From positions 992,001 to 1,056,000 of the forward strand of contig CDRNST010000011.1 in assembly GCA_977016875.1 (NCBI GenBank): 64,000 nt of DNA, in the 5' to 3' direction. The stretch comes from Pavona decussata. Its lineage: Eukaryota. A model generated the notes under the pieces. That model saw nothing but the letters and a program-made list of their open reading frames with translations, searched no databases and had not been told where the DNA came from. This document shows, piece by piece, positions 47,924 to 60,287 of the stretch (its first letter is position 1; each line of letters opens with the position of its first letter). The position numbers were made by a program, and so were the translations under genes.

Positions 47924-50854
47924 TACATCTTCGGTGGTAGAATGTTTTCTTTTCTCTGCGAACAAAATGGCGAACAATCCTAGAGCTCAGTCCCTACGCG
48001 TTTTTCCTGTTTACTTCCGTTTTGTTTTTTATTTCCGTTTTCTTATTTGCGTTTTGCTTTTTTGTTTGCGTTTTGCTTTTTTTTATTTGCGTTTTCTATC
48101 TTTTTTATTTGCGTTTTCTTTTTTTGTTTGTGTTTTACTTTTTTTATTTGCGTTTTCTTTTTTTTAAATTGCGTTTTCTTTTTTTTATTTGCGTTTCCTT
48201 TTTTTTATTTGCGTTTTCTTTTTTTTAATTGCGTTTTCTTTTTTTTATTTGCGTTTTCTTTAATGTTTGCGTTTGAGCCTTCTGGGCCACCGTAACATTG
48301 AGCATGAGAAGCGGGGGAGATCAGGACAGTTAGCTGTCCAGATTAGAAGTCCACAACAGCTTTGTCCGCAACAGTGGAAAAGGTTCCTTGCCAATGGTTT
48401 GAACAAGACCGACCTCATGGAATTCCTTGCAGATATGTGGGGGACCAACCAGCGCTTTCCCAAGAAGATCTGAGAAAGAACGCTGTTTGTTTGTTTGTTT
48501 TTTGGGGAGAGTTGCTCCAAGATAAGCGTTGATGCTCAAGGTAGCATTTCCTCCAGTATTGTGCTTGAACTCTGCAGCAACCAAGAAGAGGCAGATACCT
48601 GAATGTTTCTGTATGCCTTGCATGCCTCTGACGCGGCCCATCAACAGATCTTAATCAAGTCATCGGACACTAAAGTAGAAGTATTGGCGTGCGTGCTACT
48701 TTCAAGAGTACATAGGTGCTGACATCTTTCTTCTCAGTGGCACAAGAAGTCGAGCTCGTGTCATCAATGTCACCCAGGTCTGTGAGCAGCTAGGTGTCGA
48801 GGTGTGTCGGGCATTACCAGGGCTACATGCACTCACTGGGTGCGACACAGAAAGCTCTTTTGCTGGAAAAGGGAAAAAGGCGGCTCTTGATACCGTGAAA
48901 GCTGACGAAGACAGCAGAGCAAGTATCCATAGAGTTGGTGATTGTGTCCCACCAATGAGAGAAGATCTTAGAAAAATGGAGAAGTTCGTTTGTTCACTTT
49001 GCAATGGTGTTAACTGTTGTAAGGTCAACAATACAAGATACAAGTTATTCTGCAAAAACCAGAATCTACAGTCATACCAGCTTCCTCCCACCCATGCTGC
49101 CCTACAGAAGCATCTACAATGTGCAAACTACCAAGCTTATGTTTGGAAACGTGCACTGGATGCCAGAATTCTAAATCAAGGACCAGATGGTCAAGGATGG
49201 CGAGTTAGAGGAGAGGCGCTGCAGATTGACTGGACTGACCTCGCACCAGCCCCGCAATCTGTAATTGAGCTAATGTGCTGTGGCTGCAATGGAAAGTGTG
49301 AAACCCGTAGGTGCTCTTGTGTCAAGACCGAGCTCCACTGCACAGATGCATGTTCTTGAGGGGAAGAATGTGTCAACTACGACAACAGTAAATTCAGCAA
49401 TGATGAGGACAACTCCGCCAGTAGTGAGGAAGAAGATGACCTGTAAAAGTTACTTCATGATATACTGTATTGCGGATGTGACAAATTTCTAGAAAAGTTT
49501 CTTGAAATCTAGCATCAATGCAGATTATATATGAAGAACGTTGCAAGCGTTGCTATGGAAACACGCAATGCCACTGGCATTGGTTTATTAGTTAGCAGTA
49601 GGCATTGCTTTATCGAGATGTATAATGATAAACTTTCCATTGCTCAATAAAGTGAGATGCACCGCTCAATAAAGAGACGATTGTTTTTCCTTGGCTTTTA
49701 CCAGTTGTGGCCCCAATCCCAGAGGAATGCCAGTTATCCTTGCTTTCCTGCAATAGCAATTTTCCAGACATTGATGCATCTTTGGGACATCTTGAATAGC
49801 ATTAAGGTGTCTCAGAGCAGACGCTCTTACTGTAGAATACTTTTATGGGCGTTTTCTCGAGTTAAATACATAAAATTTCATTTTGTATTCGAAAAACCAC
49901 ATATTTTCATAACCAAGAAGTATTTGACTGATGCCTCTTGCCATGGAAACCAAACACCTTAGGTCCGATAACACATTTGGGTAGCTTATGATACAACAAC
50001 TATACGTTGCAAATTTGAACCAATTTGGTTAATGTTTGTTAGAGGTATGGGCCATTTTTCTTCTCACCAAGACTATAGTAAGCAAATTCTCCCCACCCCA
50101 CCCCCCATGGAAACAGCCCAATCTCATTATAGCACACATTACCGGTTTGCAAACAAGTAGATTCTAAAAATGTAGGTAATAAGCTTTAATTTGATACCCA
50201 ATTCACTATATCCTATGAGGGGTGCTACGAGGCATAACGTTTAGGCCCCTTGGCTAATTGATCATGAAGTTCTCATTGGCAAAGAAGAATTTACAATGGA
50301 ACAACTTCTCTCCAAACGGAAAAGAAATGGAAAGGCCACACAGGCACAGCAGACATTCTCAGTAGGTAACAGTAACGGCTAGATCTAGAGATATTTTGTT
50401 TGAAACTGAATGATTCTGTGAGTCAAATTGTTTTATAATTTGAGCATCAAAATGTGCCACTTAAAGATCAGAACAATCAAACATTCTCAAAGTCGTAGTT
50501 TACTGTAAGCAGCAGAATAAGCTTAAGCTTGATCATTTCAGGTGTCATCGTTCGTCATACAAAACAAGAAACATAATATTTATTTTTATCGCAAATCAAA
50601 TGAGTGGCCGCGACATTTGCTCGGGTAAATGAAAGTTTGCGACCAGATTCCTTCGTTGGTTGTTTTAAGCTCTTTAGCTTTGTTTTCCACCAAAAGGATA
50701 AATTGTAGTCATAATTATTTGCAGTATGTTTTGAGAGAAGCAGCGAAGATTACTGTTTTATGGGACAGTATGCCCCTCTCCAGGGAAATATCTTCCAAGG
50801 TCATGGAGAAATTCATTTTAAGGTAAGCTTAATCTTAAGTTTATCACAAGAGTC

Positions 50855-51062
50855 GACCTCTTTAGCTGCTTGGGCGGTTTGTTTTCCCATTGTAGACCAC
50901 TTGATGAAACTCTTGAGAATTCTTGCTTTCAAATTTATAAATAGTTGCATGTATATAAATGAATAATTTTAGGAGGGATAAAACAAAAATTCTCCAGAGG
51001 ATATCAAATGGTCTACAATGGGAAAACAAACCACCCACGCCAAGCTTAAGCTAAAGAAGGTC
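50855..51062. mobile_element. Palindromic MITE-like element
   Basis: GACCTCTTTAGCT..GGTTTGTTTTCCCATTGTAGACCA pairs with TGGTCTACAATGGGAAAACAAACC..AGCTAAAGAAGGTC. Confidence 0.65.
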
Positions 51063-51297
51063 TATTAAGCCTGACATTGCTTTTTTGTCATGGGAAAGAA
51101 ATGCAATATTCAACATATTAAAATCAATTTTATTTCAGGTAACAAATGCACTCCCAACACTGAACTTTTGGAAAATTAGAGAACAGTTTTCTAAAATGAT
51201 GACTTGTAGACATCATCTCAAAAACACAAAATTCTGGAAAAGGTCAGAAAAGGTGAGATAAAGTTAGGAAGAAACATTAAGAAAGACTGGGACTGGC

Positions 51298-51888
51298 AAT
51301 GGCGGAGTAAAGACGTGTTGGAAAACTGTCCGCCTAATATTACTCATTTGGATGACTTAATGGAAGATTTCTTTAAGCTACTGCTCACTAAAAGAAGAAC
51401 AAGTCAGTTATCCTCCAATAGTTCTCTAGATACGTCGCCAGAACATAGAAACTTAAAGAATGGGACAATTCTAATTCTTTCGAAGCTGAAGGCGATGAAG
51501 GTGACTATATTTTCCTATCTGCTCTGAATATGGCCGAAGTCATTCAAAAACAACTGCAGGATATTCTTAAGAAGCTTGAAAAGCTGGATGCCATCGAAGA
51601 AGCAGTCAATAATCTCGGAAAGGCTTTCGAGAAATTAGAAGGAAGGATACACACTCTTGAAGACGCGTATGCTACTACCAAGCGTGATCTTGAAGATCTT
51701 AAACAAAGTTTAAACACAAACGAAACAGATAAAAACATGACAACCGAGGGAATACAAAAGCTCGAAGACAACACAAAATCGAGTCTCGCAGCCCTACAGA
51801 AAGAGAATGATGAGCTCCGTCCCAATTTTAAAGTGATCGAGGATAAGAACTTATAATTGGAAGCATATTCTAGGCGCGAAAACATTAA
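51298..51888 (+). mobile_element. L1/Tx1-like LINE 5' end and ORF1 coiled coil, cut at TTAA
   Basis: Heptad-rich MAEVIQKQLQDILKKLEKLD.. followed by LEAYSRRENI, the L1 ORF1 motif preceding the RRM. Confidence 0.7.
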
Positions 51889-53269
51889 GTGCGGCTGACT
51901 GAGAATATTGAGAACTCACAGTCAAAACTAACATTTCGGATTTCCTCATATTTTGTCAGGAGAATCCCGTTGGAGAACTATTTACGAAAATATCAATAAA
52001 ACTTTCCAAAGATTTTTCGTTTTCGAGAATTCCAGCATAATGTGAAATGTGGTGATCGCGTCGCAGCCGGCGTTAAATTTTGACGCGATTTGGTGCATTT
52101 TCAAATCATTCGGGAAGTAAGACGGCTTACCGTATTAAAACAACCTTTTGAAGTTAAGTTAGGCATCCTTCTGAAAATACGGTCTTATGAAAATATTGCT
52201 GGAGGATTCTTATTTACATGTAGTTTTCAAAGTCCGAAGAATCCTATTTTCAGCATTTTTGTTGACGCTTTCAATTGTGGAAACTTTGCGGACAAAATTC
52301 TTTTCCTGGTACATCGAAATTTACAATGAAAGTTACACTAAAGAAAAGCTCTATTCTTGTGCTGAAGCTTATAAAAAATCAGCTTGCATAATTTAAAAGC
52401 CAGCCTTTGACGGAATAAAACACACAGGGAATTCTTGACAATTTTCTTCAAAAAATTCCAGTGGTCACGCAAGGACAAGATGGCATGTTTCAATAAATTA
52501 TTGTTTGTGTGCTATTTTTAGTGGAGAATTATAAAATTCTTGTTGCAAAACTAAATCTCATGATCTAATAAGTTTTGTATTGTTTTATATACCTTAAATA
52601 AAATAAGTCTAACTAGGGAGTGAGATGTAACCCCAAATTTGAAAACATTACAACTTCACGCTGATTTAAGTGTGTCATTGAGAAATGGGTGACTCCACTG
52701 GATTTTGTTGCCTGAAGGCTCTCTTTATTCCTTTGGGCATTCACTTCGGCAGCCGAGAAGAATGATGCAAATTAGTTCATTTTTACTCGGTTGAGAAAAG
52801 GTGAGAACTTTCCAGGAAGACCCTGAAGCGAATTCAAAAGACAGGAACAATAGCCTAATTAAGCAGCCTTGAGCCGCGAAGTTGCGAGAGTATTCCTTTG
52901 GTCTCTTATATTTTTAGGAACTCTGCGGAATCACTGCAGACATTTGATGGTTTTGAGTTCTTCGCAAAATATTTTAAGCTGTTATTTATATCAATGAACG
53001 AAGAGTCTTTTGAGAGCTTTAAAAAGAGATCTCAAACGTGGTGTTTTGATCACTGTAAGCCGAGTTTTGATATTTTTCGTCAAGCGGTGCTTAGACCAGC
53101 AAAGTTATTACACTTAATTAAATTTGTGCATGGCATGATCATCTTCCCGACGCGTGTACTGTGTGGAAATCAAATACCATCTGTTTAATGAAACATTCTT
53201 CACGAAAAAGCTAAAGCATTGATTTGTATTCCCTAAAGAAAGTGTGAAAAGGAGGAGCTGTGAAAAGAG
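51889..53269. mobile_element. Probable TTAA-targeting DNA transposon fragment containing copy 2 of the dispersed repeat (52878-53269)
   Basis: Starts GTGCGGCTGACTGAG right after TTAA, breaking ORF1. Shares ~370 bp with 25610-25978 and short inverted motifs (52630-52675) with 26597-26638. Other end not found. Confidence 0.4.
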
Positions 53270-54194
53270 TTGCAATTGGGGTCACCATCTATTAATTAAA
53301 TTAAAGAACCTGGTTTACTTTATGATCTACAACGTCACCATGCACAAAACACAACAAAATTCTCCCTGAGAATCCGAATAATATCACAATAACGAATTTC
53401 TAATCTGTGGCCAATAGCCTCTCTTCCTCGTTGCCTCTTCTAGCATATAACAGAGAGCATTAGACATAAACTGCCTTGTGAAAAATGGTGACCCGTTGGT
53501 AAACCCTTGAAACATGTCACCACCAACGGACTACTTTGCTTACAATCTTGTACAAACCGTTCCAGTCACTTTCTCTACTTTCAGTAAACTACCTTTGTGG
53601 AAATACTAACTCGGCAAAACAACGAGGATAAGGGGGGATAATTTCCTGCTCCTGCTGAGGTATTTAGTAGATTATAAGTGAACGACATCATAGCAATAAT
53701 CCTCCATAGCGCGAAAACAAACGCGCTATTTTTGTTGTGACCAAAAATACTGCATACTTCAAATTCTTCCCGAACACAGTGCTAGTCAAATTACTTGGGA
53801 GAGATCTCGCTACCCTGCCCTCTCAATGTTGGCTCACAAGTTTGACAAGAACAATTGCCGAAAACAACATTGCGAGGGGTGAGAAGAGCAGGAGAAGGAC
53901 ATTTACCGCTTGGTTGTGAACTGTCTTAAGGGAGCTTGACTAGCACTGTAGGTAAGCAATGTGCGATTTCCATGAGAAATGCTCGTCCAAAATCACTTCT
54001 AGAAAAAACAGTTTCACTTTCCTGAGCTAGAGTATGATCACAAAGTTCAAGCGTTGCCTTTTTTGTTTTGGCTTAAATAACATGTATTTAGTTTTCTTAA
54101 CATTAATTGAGAGCCTATTAGCTTGAAACCAAGAGGTTAACGTAATCAATTCAAAATTCACATTCTGAATTAGGAAATTGAGATTTTTATGGCA

Positions 54195-54530
54195 ATGGAA
54201 GACATTAGTATCATCCGCGAATAAAATAAATCCTAATTCTTTTTACACGTCAAAAATATCATTAACATAAATCGAAAACAACAGAGGTCCAAGGATGGAA
54301 CTTTGTGGGACCCCACAATTAACAGATTGGGTAGATAAACAGTGGCCATTGTATTGAACAAAGTATTATCTGTTGAGAAGATAACTTTGAAACTAATCTA
54401 GAGCAGTCCTGCGGACTCCAAGTTTTCCTAAGAGAATTTCATGGTTAACTGTATCAAAAGCCTTGGATTGGTAAAAAAAACACACATGCCAACAGTGTAT
54501 TCTCCAGTGTCAATAGCAGATTAAATTTTG
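54195..54530 (-). mobile_element. CR1/L2-group RT fragment
   Basis: Minus strand KAFDTVNHEILL..VNCGVPQSSILGPLLFSIYVNDI..ILFADDTN. Confidence 0.8.
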
Positions 54531-57172
54531 TCATCTAACTGGATAAGTGCCTGGCAACAATGAGTCAAGCTGGTTACTCGATGATACCCTCTGAATGACT
54601 TTTGAAATGGCATGGTGTGAAAGCTGATAAACTACCAGTACTGTCCCGTTTCTTAAGTCACAGGCTAATACCCTTGTCTTAGAAAGGAATGCGACAAGGG
54701 GGGGGGGGGGGGGACCAGGAAACCTGTCTTTGTTGGAATAGATACTATTTTGTCCGAATGTACCGTACGACAATAGAACTTTACGCATAGAGAATGCAAC
54801 TAATTGAAACCAACATTGGGTTGAATTGGGTCGATGATCTAATAACTTTATAAGTTCCAAGTTGGGACGCCTTCACAAGAGAGATTTCTTTGGTATTTCT
54901 AGTTATCTTGCGTGCTCTTTTCCCTCGATACAGAAAGTATTTATAGAATTGCCAAAGGTGAGGGAGAACAAAGTCAACCCTTACCCCGGGGATTAGCCTA
55001 TGAGCGTGTTTTTTAAACAGAGGCATCAGACGAGTAAGGTACTTTGAGGTGGTAACATCAATGGTTTCCAGGTACATGGAATCCGATTCAATGCTTTCCT
55101 TGGTAAGTTTTCTAACAAATGTAACACCAGAACTTACTAGAAATCCATAACCCTACAGCAGTAGAAGGTGGAGGGGGGAAAGCATGGAAAAATCGTAGAA
55201 ACTAAAACCTATGAAAGTAGTGGCATCACCCTTCCTTGACTTTCCGACGGTTTATCTTACTTCTTTTTAATAACTTCGATTGCAACGCGTTAGTACACGC
55301 ATTTGTTAAACGTCTTTTATGGAGTAGAGTTCAGTTCCGATAAACAGCGCATCTGAATCTCTCATTGCAAAATTTCTGGCAAGGCATGTCCTCGACATCG
55401 GCATAATGACTCGAGTGGCTTTAATTGAAGTGATACCTGTGCACAGATTACATGTTAAATACGCGAGGGAAAGCTGGTCCGTACTTTTGTCACACATCTT
55501 GGAGGTCTAAATATGACTTAAAGCGTTGTCAGCATTGTTTGAATTGAGTTTAATGCTAAACCGGCAAATTTGGCAGTGCGCTATAGCACAGCACTAAATT
55601 TTATTGCCTGGAAGAAGCATGTTACACTGAAGTGGCGTAAATACCGCACTTACATCAATGAGGATATTGAAAATTCAATTCAATTTTTTTGTTGGCAATT
55701 TATTATAGGTCCTGTTTAAGACGAGTAGTAGATCGAGAGAACTGCGGGACACAAGCATTAGTGACGGTAATTACTGGCTATTACTAATGATTATTTCGAA
55801 TTGTTAAGTAACTTGTCTGAACACTTCTTGATTCTTGGAATGATTCATTTGACCCATTTAAGTGACCATTGAAAATGGTTTTATGCTGTAACTAACCGAA
55901 TTGTTTGAACAAGAAACTGACAAAAACAAAACATTCAAAGAACGGAAAAATAGATACCCAGCATCACTTGCGTAGTGTTCATAAAGCACGGAAGGAGACA
56001 GAGAGAGTTCAAGCTGTGTCTCCCGTTATAGGATTCGCATTGTAGAAAACAATTAGCCTGATCAGGAGCCATAAACTGGCTGATTATGGCTCCTGGCCTG
56101 ACTGAATTAGTAAACCAATCACTTTTTTTTGTGATCGTCAGATGAGCGTTACAAACGTCCGCGTGAGAGATTTTCAAGAACGCGGGAAGACAGGAGGAAG
56201 AGGTTTGAGGAGTTTAGAGGTAATTTCATAAAAAAGATCCCTTTACACTGTCTGAATTCAGTGCGAATTCGTTAAGTATTTATCTTGCTCTTTATATACA
56301 TTTTTTACTCCCCATGGTTAAAACACCAAAGTCCCGTGAAATGGTCTAATGAGTATCAGGTTCATTGTTCTTCCGTTTAGTTTACAGTAAAAATGTCACA
56401 TCTGGCTTTCGTCTTTAGCAGCCACAATGCGTAGTTTCCGGGAATTTGAAAAAAACATAAAATGTGATTTTGAGAAAAAGTTAACGAAATCAAGAATTTT
56501 TTGACTTGCTCACCGCTGGGCATGCTGCTCAAAGTTCTCTTAAATTCTATGGCAGTCTTAATCGAAAAAACATATTTATAGTATTTCAGAGGTTTCTGTG
56601 TTTGTGCAGCTGTTGAATAAGTTTTTGTATTTTCTAATAGGGGAACATCAAAGTGAAAAGAAGCGTTCATCACTTCCCGAGCATGACCTACGAAGGAGCT
56701 TAGCTTGAGCGAAAGGTGTATTATGTCATACCTGAGGTGAAGTTTAGCGGTTGGTCGCCAGGAGTGAATTCGAAGAAAGTGAAATTTTTTTATTGCCTCG
56801 TAAACGGCTTGTATTGTTTTACCGCAGAAATCACGCGGTATGAATTAAACTCCGGTTCTGGTGAACAGCCGCTGGCCAAAGACCCTGAGGAGTCTAGGTA
56901 CTTGATTAAGCTCTGTTGTTGTTGTGTTTATGCGAAGAAACGGGGATTAAAACGACTAATAAATTAAAACAAGAAAAAAAGGTAAAAAAATAAGTGGACG
57001 AGGCCTATATGAATTTGCAACGAGGCAATTGAGAGTAGAAATAAGATGATACCGCTTGGATTTTTAAACAGAATCAATCCTTGATCGCCTGATGGTATGT
57101 CCATTTATACCATGCAAGACAAAACAGATACTTGTCTCAGCTAAGGACCTACGGGTCAAGTATGCAACGAGC

Positions 57173-57411
57173 CAATCTCGTACCGACTGTCCTCAGGCTT
57201 CTTGGTCAGCGAGTGGGCGCCAGGAGAGAATCTGGGGTCCTGGAATTTTATTACCGCAGGTTTTCTAATTTTTGCGTTAAAACAATGGAAGCCGTTATGA
57301 GCCGTTACGGGACAGCCAATCAAAAAATTTAAATAAAATTCCAGTTCCCCGGAGTCTCTGCTGGCGACCACCCACTGACCAAAAAGCCAGAGGACTCTGG
57401 GTACGAGATTG
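57173..57411. mobile_element. MITE with 9-bp TSD (Mutator- or Academ-like mobilisation)
   Basis: TIR CAATCTCGTACC...GGTACGAGATTG extending ~70 bp imperfectly; flanks GCAACGAGC / GTAACGAGC. A degraded similar end lies near 56855-56907. Confidence 0.75.
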
Positions 57412-58877
57412 GTAACGAGCAAAAAATATACTGAATGTTACTCCCAAGATGCAACTTGTTATTAACACTGCGATTTAACATCACACCTGCAAGCACAATG
57501 AGATAACTGAAAAGTTGCATTTTCGTTATTTTTGAACACCGTGTACTTCAAATTTATCTTGTAAAAAACAAATCATTAATTGGCCAGCTGTTGGCTAACG
57601 AAAACACAACTATAACCGGATTCATAAATACAAAAGTTAAGCTTCTTTCCACCTTTTATTAAAGTAGCCTGACTTGCAGTATAGCTTTCAATGATACGAC
57701 AATAAAAATTATTCTATAACTGTAACTATATATACTCACATTATCCTTTCCTTATTCCTTCTCTTAGTTCGCTGCTTCAATTGTCGAGGGATAGGCCATA
57801 AGGCCAAAAACTGTCCCTCGGCAACGATAAAACGGTCGAAGCAGGCGGCTGGAAAGTGGAAATCACTTACAAATAAGATTCAGAGGTTAGACGACTGGAG
57901 AAGAGGAGGTCAGTCTAAGTGACCAAGGAGAGAAGAGGAGGAGAAGCAAGAGGCCACATCAGCGAAATCAAACATGACAATAAATTACTTCCATTATTAT
58001 CAAGAGCAAAGCTCAATTAAATTCAATTGAGATTTTTTTTTCGAGCGTTGTTAATTGTTCTTTCGTCCTATAAAGTACATCATTTTTTAATTGAGCTTTT
58101 TATATTAATTTTTCCTTTTTTGTCGGCAAAAAACCTACCATCTTAATTTTTTATAATGCTACTGTTGTAAAGGGAACAATGCTCCCTCGAACTCACCGGG
58201 CCCGACTACTGCATTAAAAAAAATTGCGCTGATTGCACAGTGAATTACGAACATGTTTTACATAGAATTGTAGATTTGAAAGAAATTGTATTGAAAGCTA
58301 CAAGCTTTGCATTTGGCAGGTTGATCGCTTTTCTAAAAGTTTGACTAATTGAATGTACATGTATATAATAATAATAATAATAATAATAAGCCGTTAATTA
58401 AATTCGATCATTTCTTCTATTTTTATTAAGGCAAATAGATTAAATTAAAAATCTTTTCATCCAGTCATAAATGATCTTTTAATTCTAGTCTGTGCCCCTC
58501 GAGATATAAAAAAGTATACAGTAGTTAAACAGCAGTAATGGAAAGGCATAGGAGAGACAACCCTGTTGTTGTATATTAGCACTGGAAAAAAAAAAAGACA
58601 AATTGAAACGGCCAATTAAACACTTATGATACTCCAGGCTTGCGAAAGTGATAAAACAGTGACCCACAAACTTCTTGCACAAAAACCATTTTCAGACATT
58701 AAGGAGATACAGCCAGTTTCTTTTTTTTTTTCTTATCTTTCCCATAAGCCAATGAGGGCAGCGAGAACACGACAAAGATCGAGCGCAGAGCTAAAGAGCA
58801 AAGATATACATCAGTGGCTCATGACGCTTCTTTCCCACGCTTCCAGCCAACAATTGAGGACCTGATCCCTTACATCT

Positions 58878-59248
58878 AACAAATGTAGCCGTTGTTTAAC
58901 GGCTAAATCGAGGGTCTGATATATTATTTGCAACATTTTTTTTTACGGCTAAATCGAGGGTCTGATATATTATATGGAACAAATTTAGCCGTTAATTTAC
59001 GGCTAAGTAAAGGGTCTGAAATATTATATGCAACAAATTTAGCCGTTGTTTAACGGCTAAATCGAGGGTCTGATATATTATATGGAACAAATTTAGCCTT
59101 TAATTTACGGCTAAATCGAGGGTTTGATATATATGTATGTATGAAACAAATTTAGCCGTTAATTTACGGCTAAATAAAGGGTCTGAAATATTATATGCAA
59201 CAAATTTAGCCGTTAATTAACGGCTAAATCGAGGTTTGTATATATTAT
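58878..59248. repeat. Tandem array of ~53-bp units, each with an internal palindrome
   Basis: About 7 units of AACAAATTTAGCCGTTAATTTACGGCTAAATCGAGGGTCTGATATATTATATGG. Confidence 0.9.
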
Positions 59249-59841
59249 AGTAACTGACTAAGTTTGTGGCTAATTTTTTTTTTATATTTGTAGAATGCAT
59301 TTGTTGCAAAATTCGCCGTTGTCTAAAACTCCAGGACGAAAGTAATAAGGGGAAATATAAAGGTTTTTTTGATGCTGAACTCGAAAAACTTGGGAGACCA
59401 AACTGTTTTTGAGGGGCAACCTTGATACAAAAGACTCAGAGAAGCTTGCTAAAAAGAGATTTTCGAGATATGGTCTGAATTAACCTATCAAGGCTGAATA
59501 GAAACAGTAGAATCCTTCCTCACACAAAGCTTATGGTATAATTCTTTGATTAGAGCGGTTTTCTATAAAAGATGATATCAAATAGGCATTTCTCATGTGA
59601 ATCAAATAGTTAAGGAAAAACCAAGTACTTTCTTATCACCAACAGAATTTGAAAGCAAGTATCATACCAAGGTTTGCCCTTTGACACTCTATGGAATGAC
59701 ATGTACCCTCCGAGAGCTTTGGAAAAATCAAAAACCTCATGGTATACCACCAAATTGTAATGAACAAGAGTCTTTCACAACTGCCTTTTTATAATTAAAA
59801 AAGCCCAGCAGACTAGCTTATCAAAAACTGGTAGAAGCAAA

Positions 59842-60287
59842 ATGAACCTAGTTTAATGACCTTAGCTCCCACGAGTCTCCTGTAGCTCAGTGGTAGAGCA
59901 TCCGAACTAGTAATCGGAAGGTCTTAGGTTCGACTCCTGATAGGAGCACTCGGATTTCTTTTTTCCGAGTATACCTGCGTCACTTTCTTGAATAATCATC
60001 ATTCTCATTCATTCACCAGGCTGGAAATATACCATCACATTTCTTTCATATACCACACGTTTGACATTCAAATCCTAGCAGTATGCAGGATGTTTGTCCC
60101 ATGAACCTAGTTTAATGGCCTTAGCTCCCACGAGTCTCCTGTAGCTCAGTGGTAGAGCATCCGAACTAGTAATCAGAAGGTTACTCGGATTTCTTTTTTC
60201 CGAGTATGCCTGCGTCACTTTCTTGAATAATCATCATTCTCATTCATTCACCAGGCTGGAAATATACCATCACATTTCTTTCATATA
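59842..60287 (+). mobile_element. tRNA-containing 259-bp repeat unit in ~1.7 tandem copies, inserted in the LINE
   Basis: ATGAACCTAGTTTAATG..TTCTTTCATATA at 59842 and again at 60101; second copy lacks the T-arm; AAAAT on both flanks. Confidence 0.8.
59876..59948 (+). tRNA. tRNA-Thr(AGT)-like cloverleaf within the repeat (probably a pseudo-tRNA)
   Basis: A box TAGCTCAGTGGTAGAGC; anticodon arm TCCGA-ACTAGTAA-TCGGA (8-nt loop); T arm TTAGG-TTCGACT-CCTGA; acceptor stem with a 1:72 mismatch; T6 about 10 nt downstream. Confidence 0.55.

Larger units (their letters stand above)
46159..48294. mobile_element. Foldback (palindromic) IS3EU-derived element
   Basis: 6-bp TSD ACATTG (46153-58, 48295-300); termini TACGGTGGCCC...GGGCCACCGTA; inverted arms 46159-47074 and 47279-48294 with a 204-bp spacer; AAAAAAGAAAACGCAAAT-type subterminal arrays. 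Confidence 0.9.
44410..50256 (+). mobile_element. Academ-type DNA transposon remnant (transposase pieces, XPG-like nuclease, C-terminal Cys cluster) with right terminus; interrupted at 46159-48294
   Basis: DLQEKTLSG|KGTTHCTNGIVVQ; NRNLFARLL..VPWSLA..DGSLAKTNKS; NQEEADT; HALTGCDT.SSFAGKGKK; LPPT..HLQ.ANYQAYVWK; CGCNGKC..RCSC..CTDACS. End GGCCCCTTGGCTA (TAG-type terminus). Confidence 0.75.

Noticed and set aside
58878-59248. CRISPR-like array of palindromic repeats
   Set aside because: The sequence between palindromes is itself repeated, so there are no unique spacers; no cas genes; eukaryotic context.
59876-59948. Functional tRNA-Thr gene
   Set aside because: 8-nt anticodon loop, 1:72 mismatch, and location inside a repeat inserted in a LINE.
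59842-60287. Hammerhead ribozyme in the tandem unit
   Set aside because: No CTGANGA...GAAA core found by eye on either strand; other ribozyme classes were not excluded.
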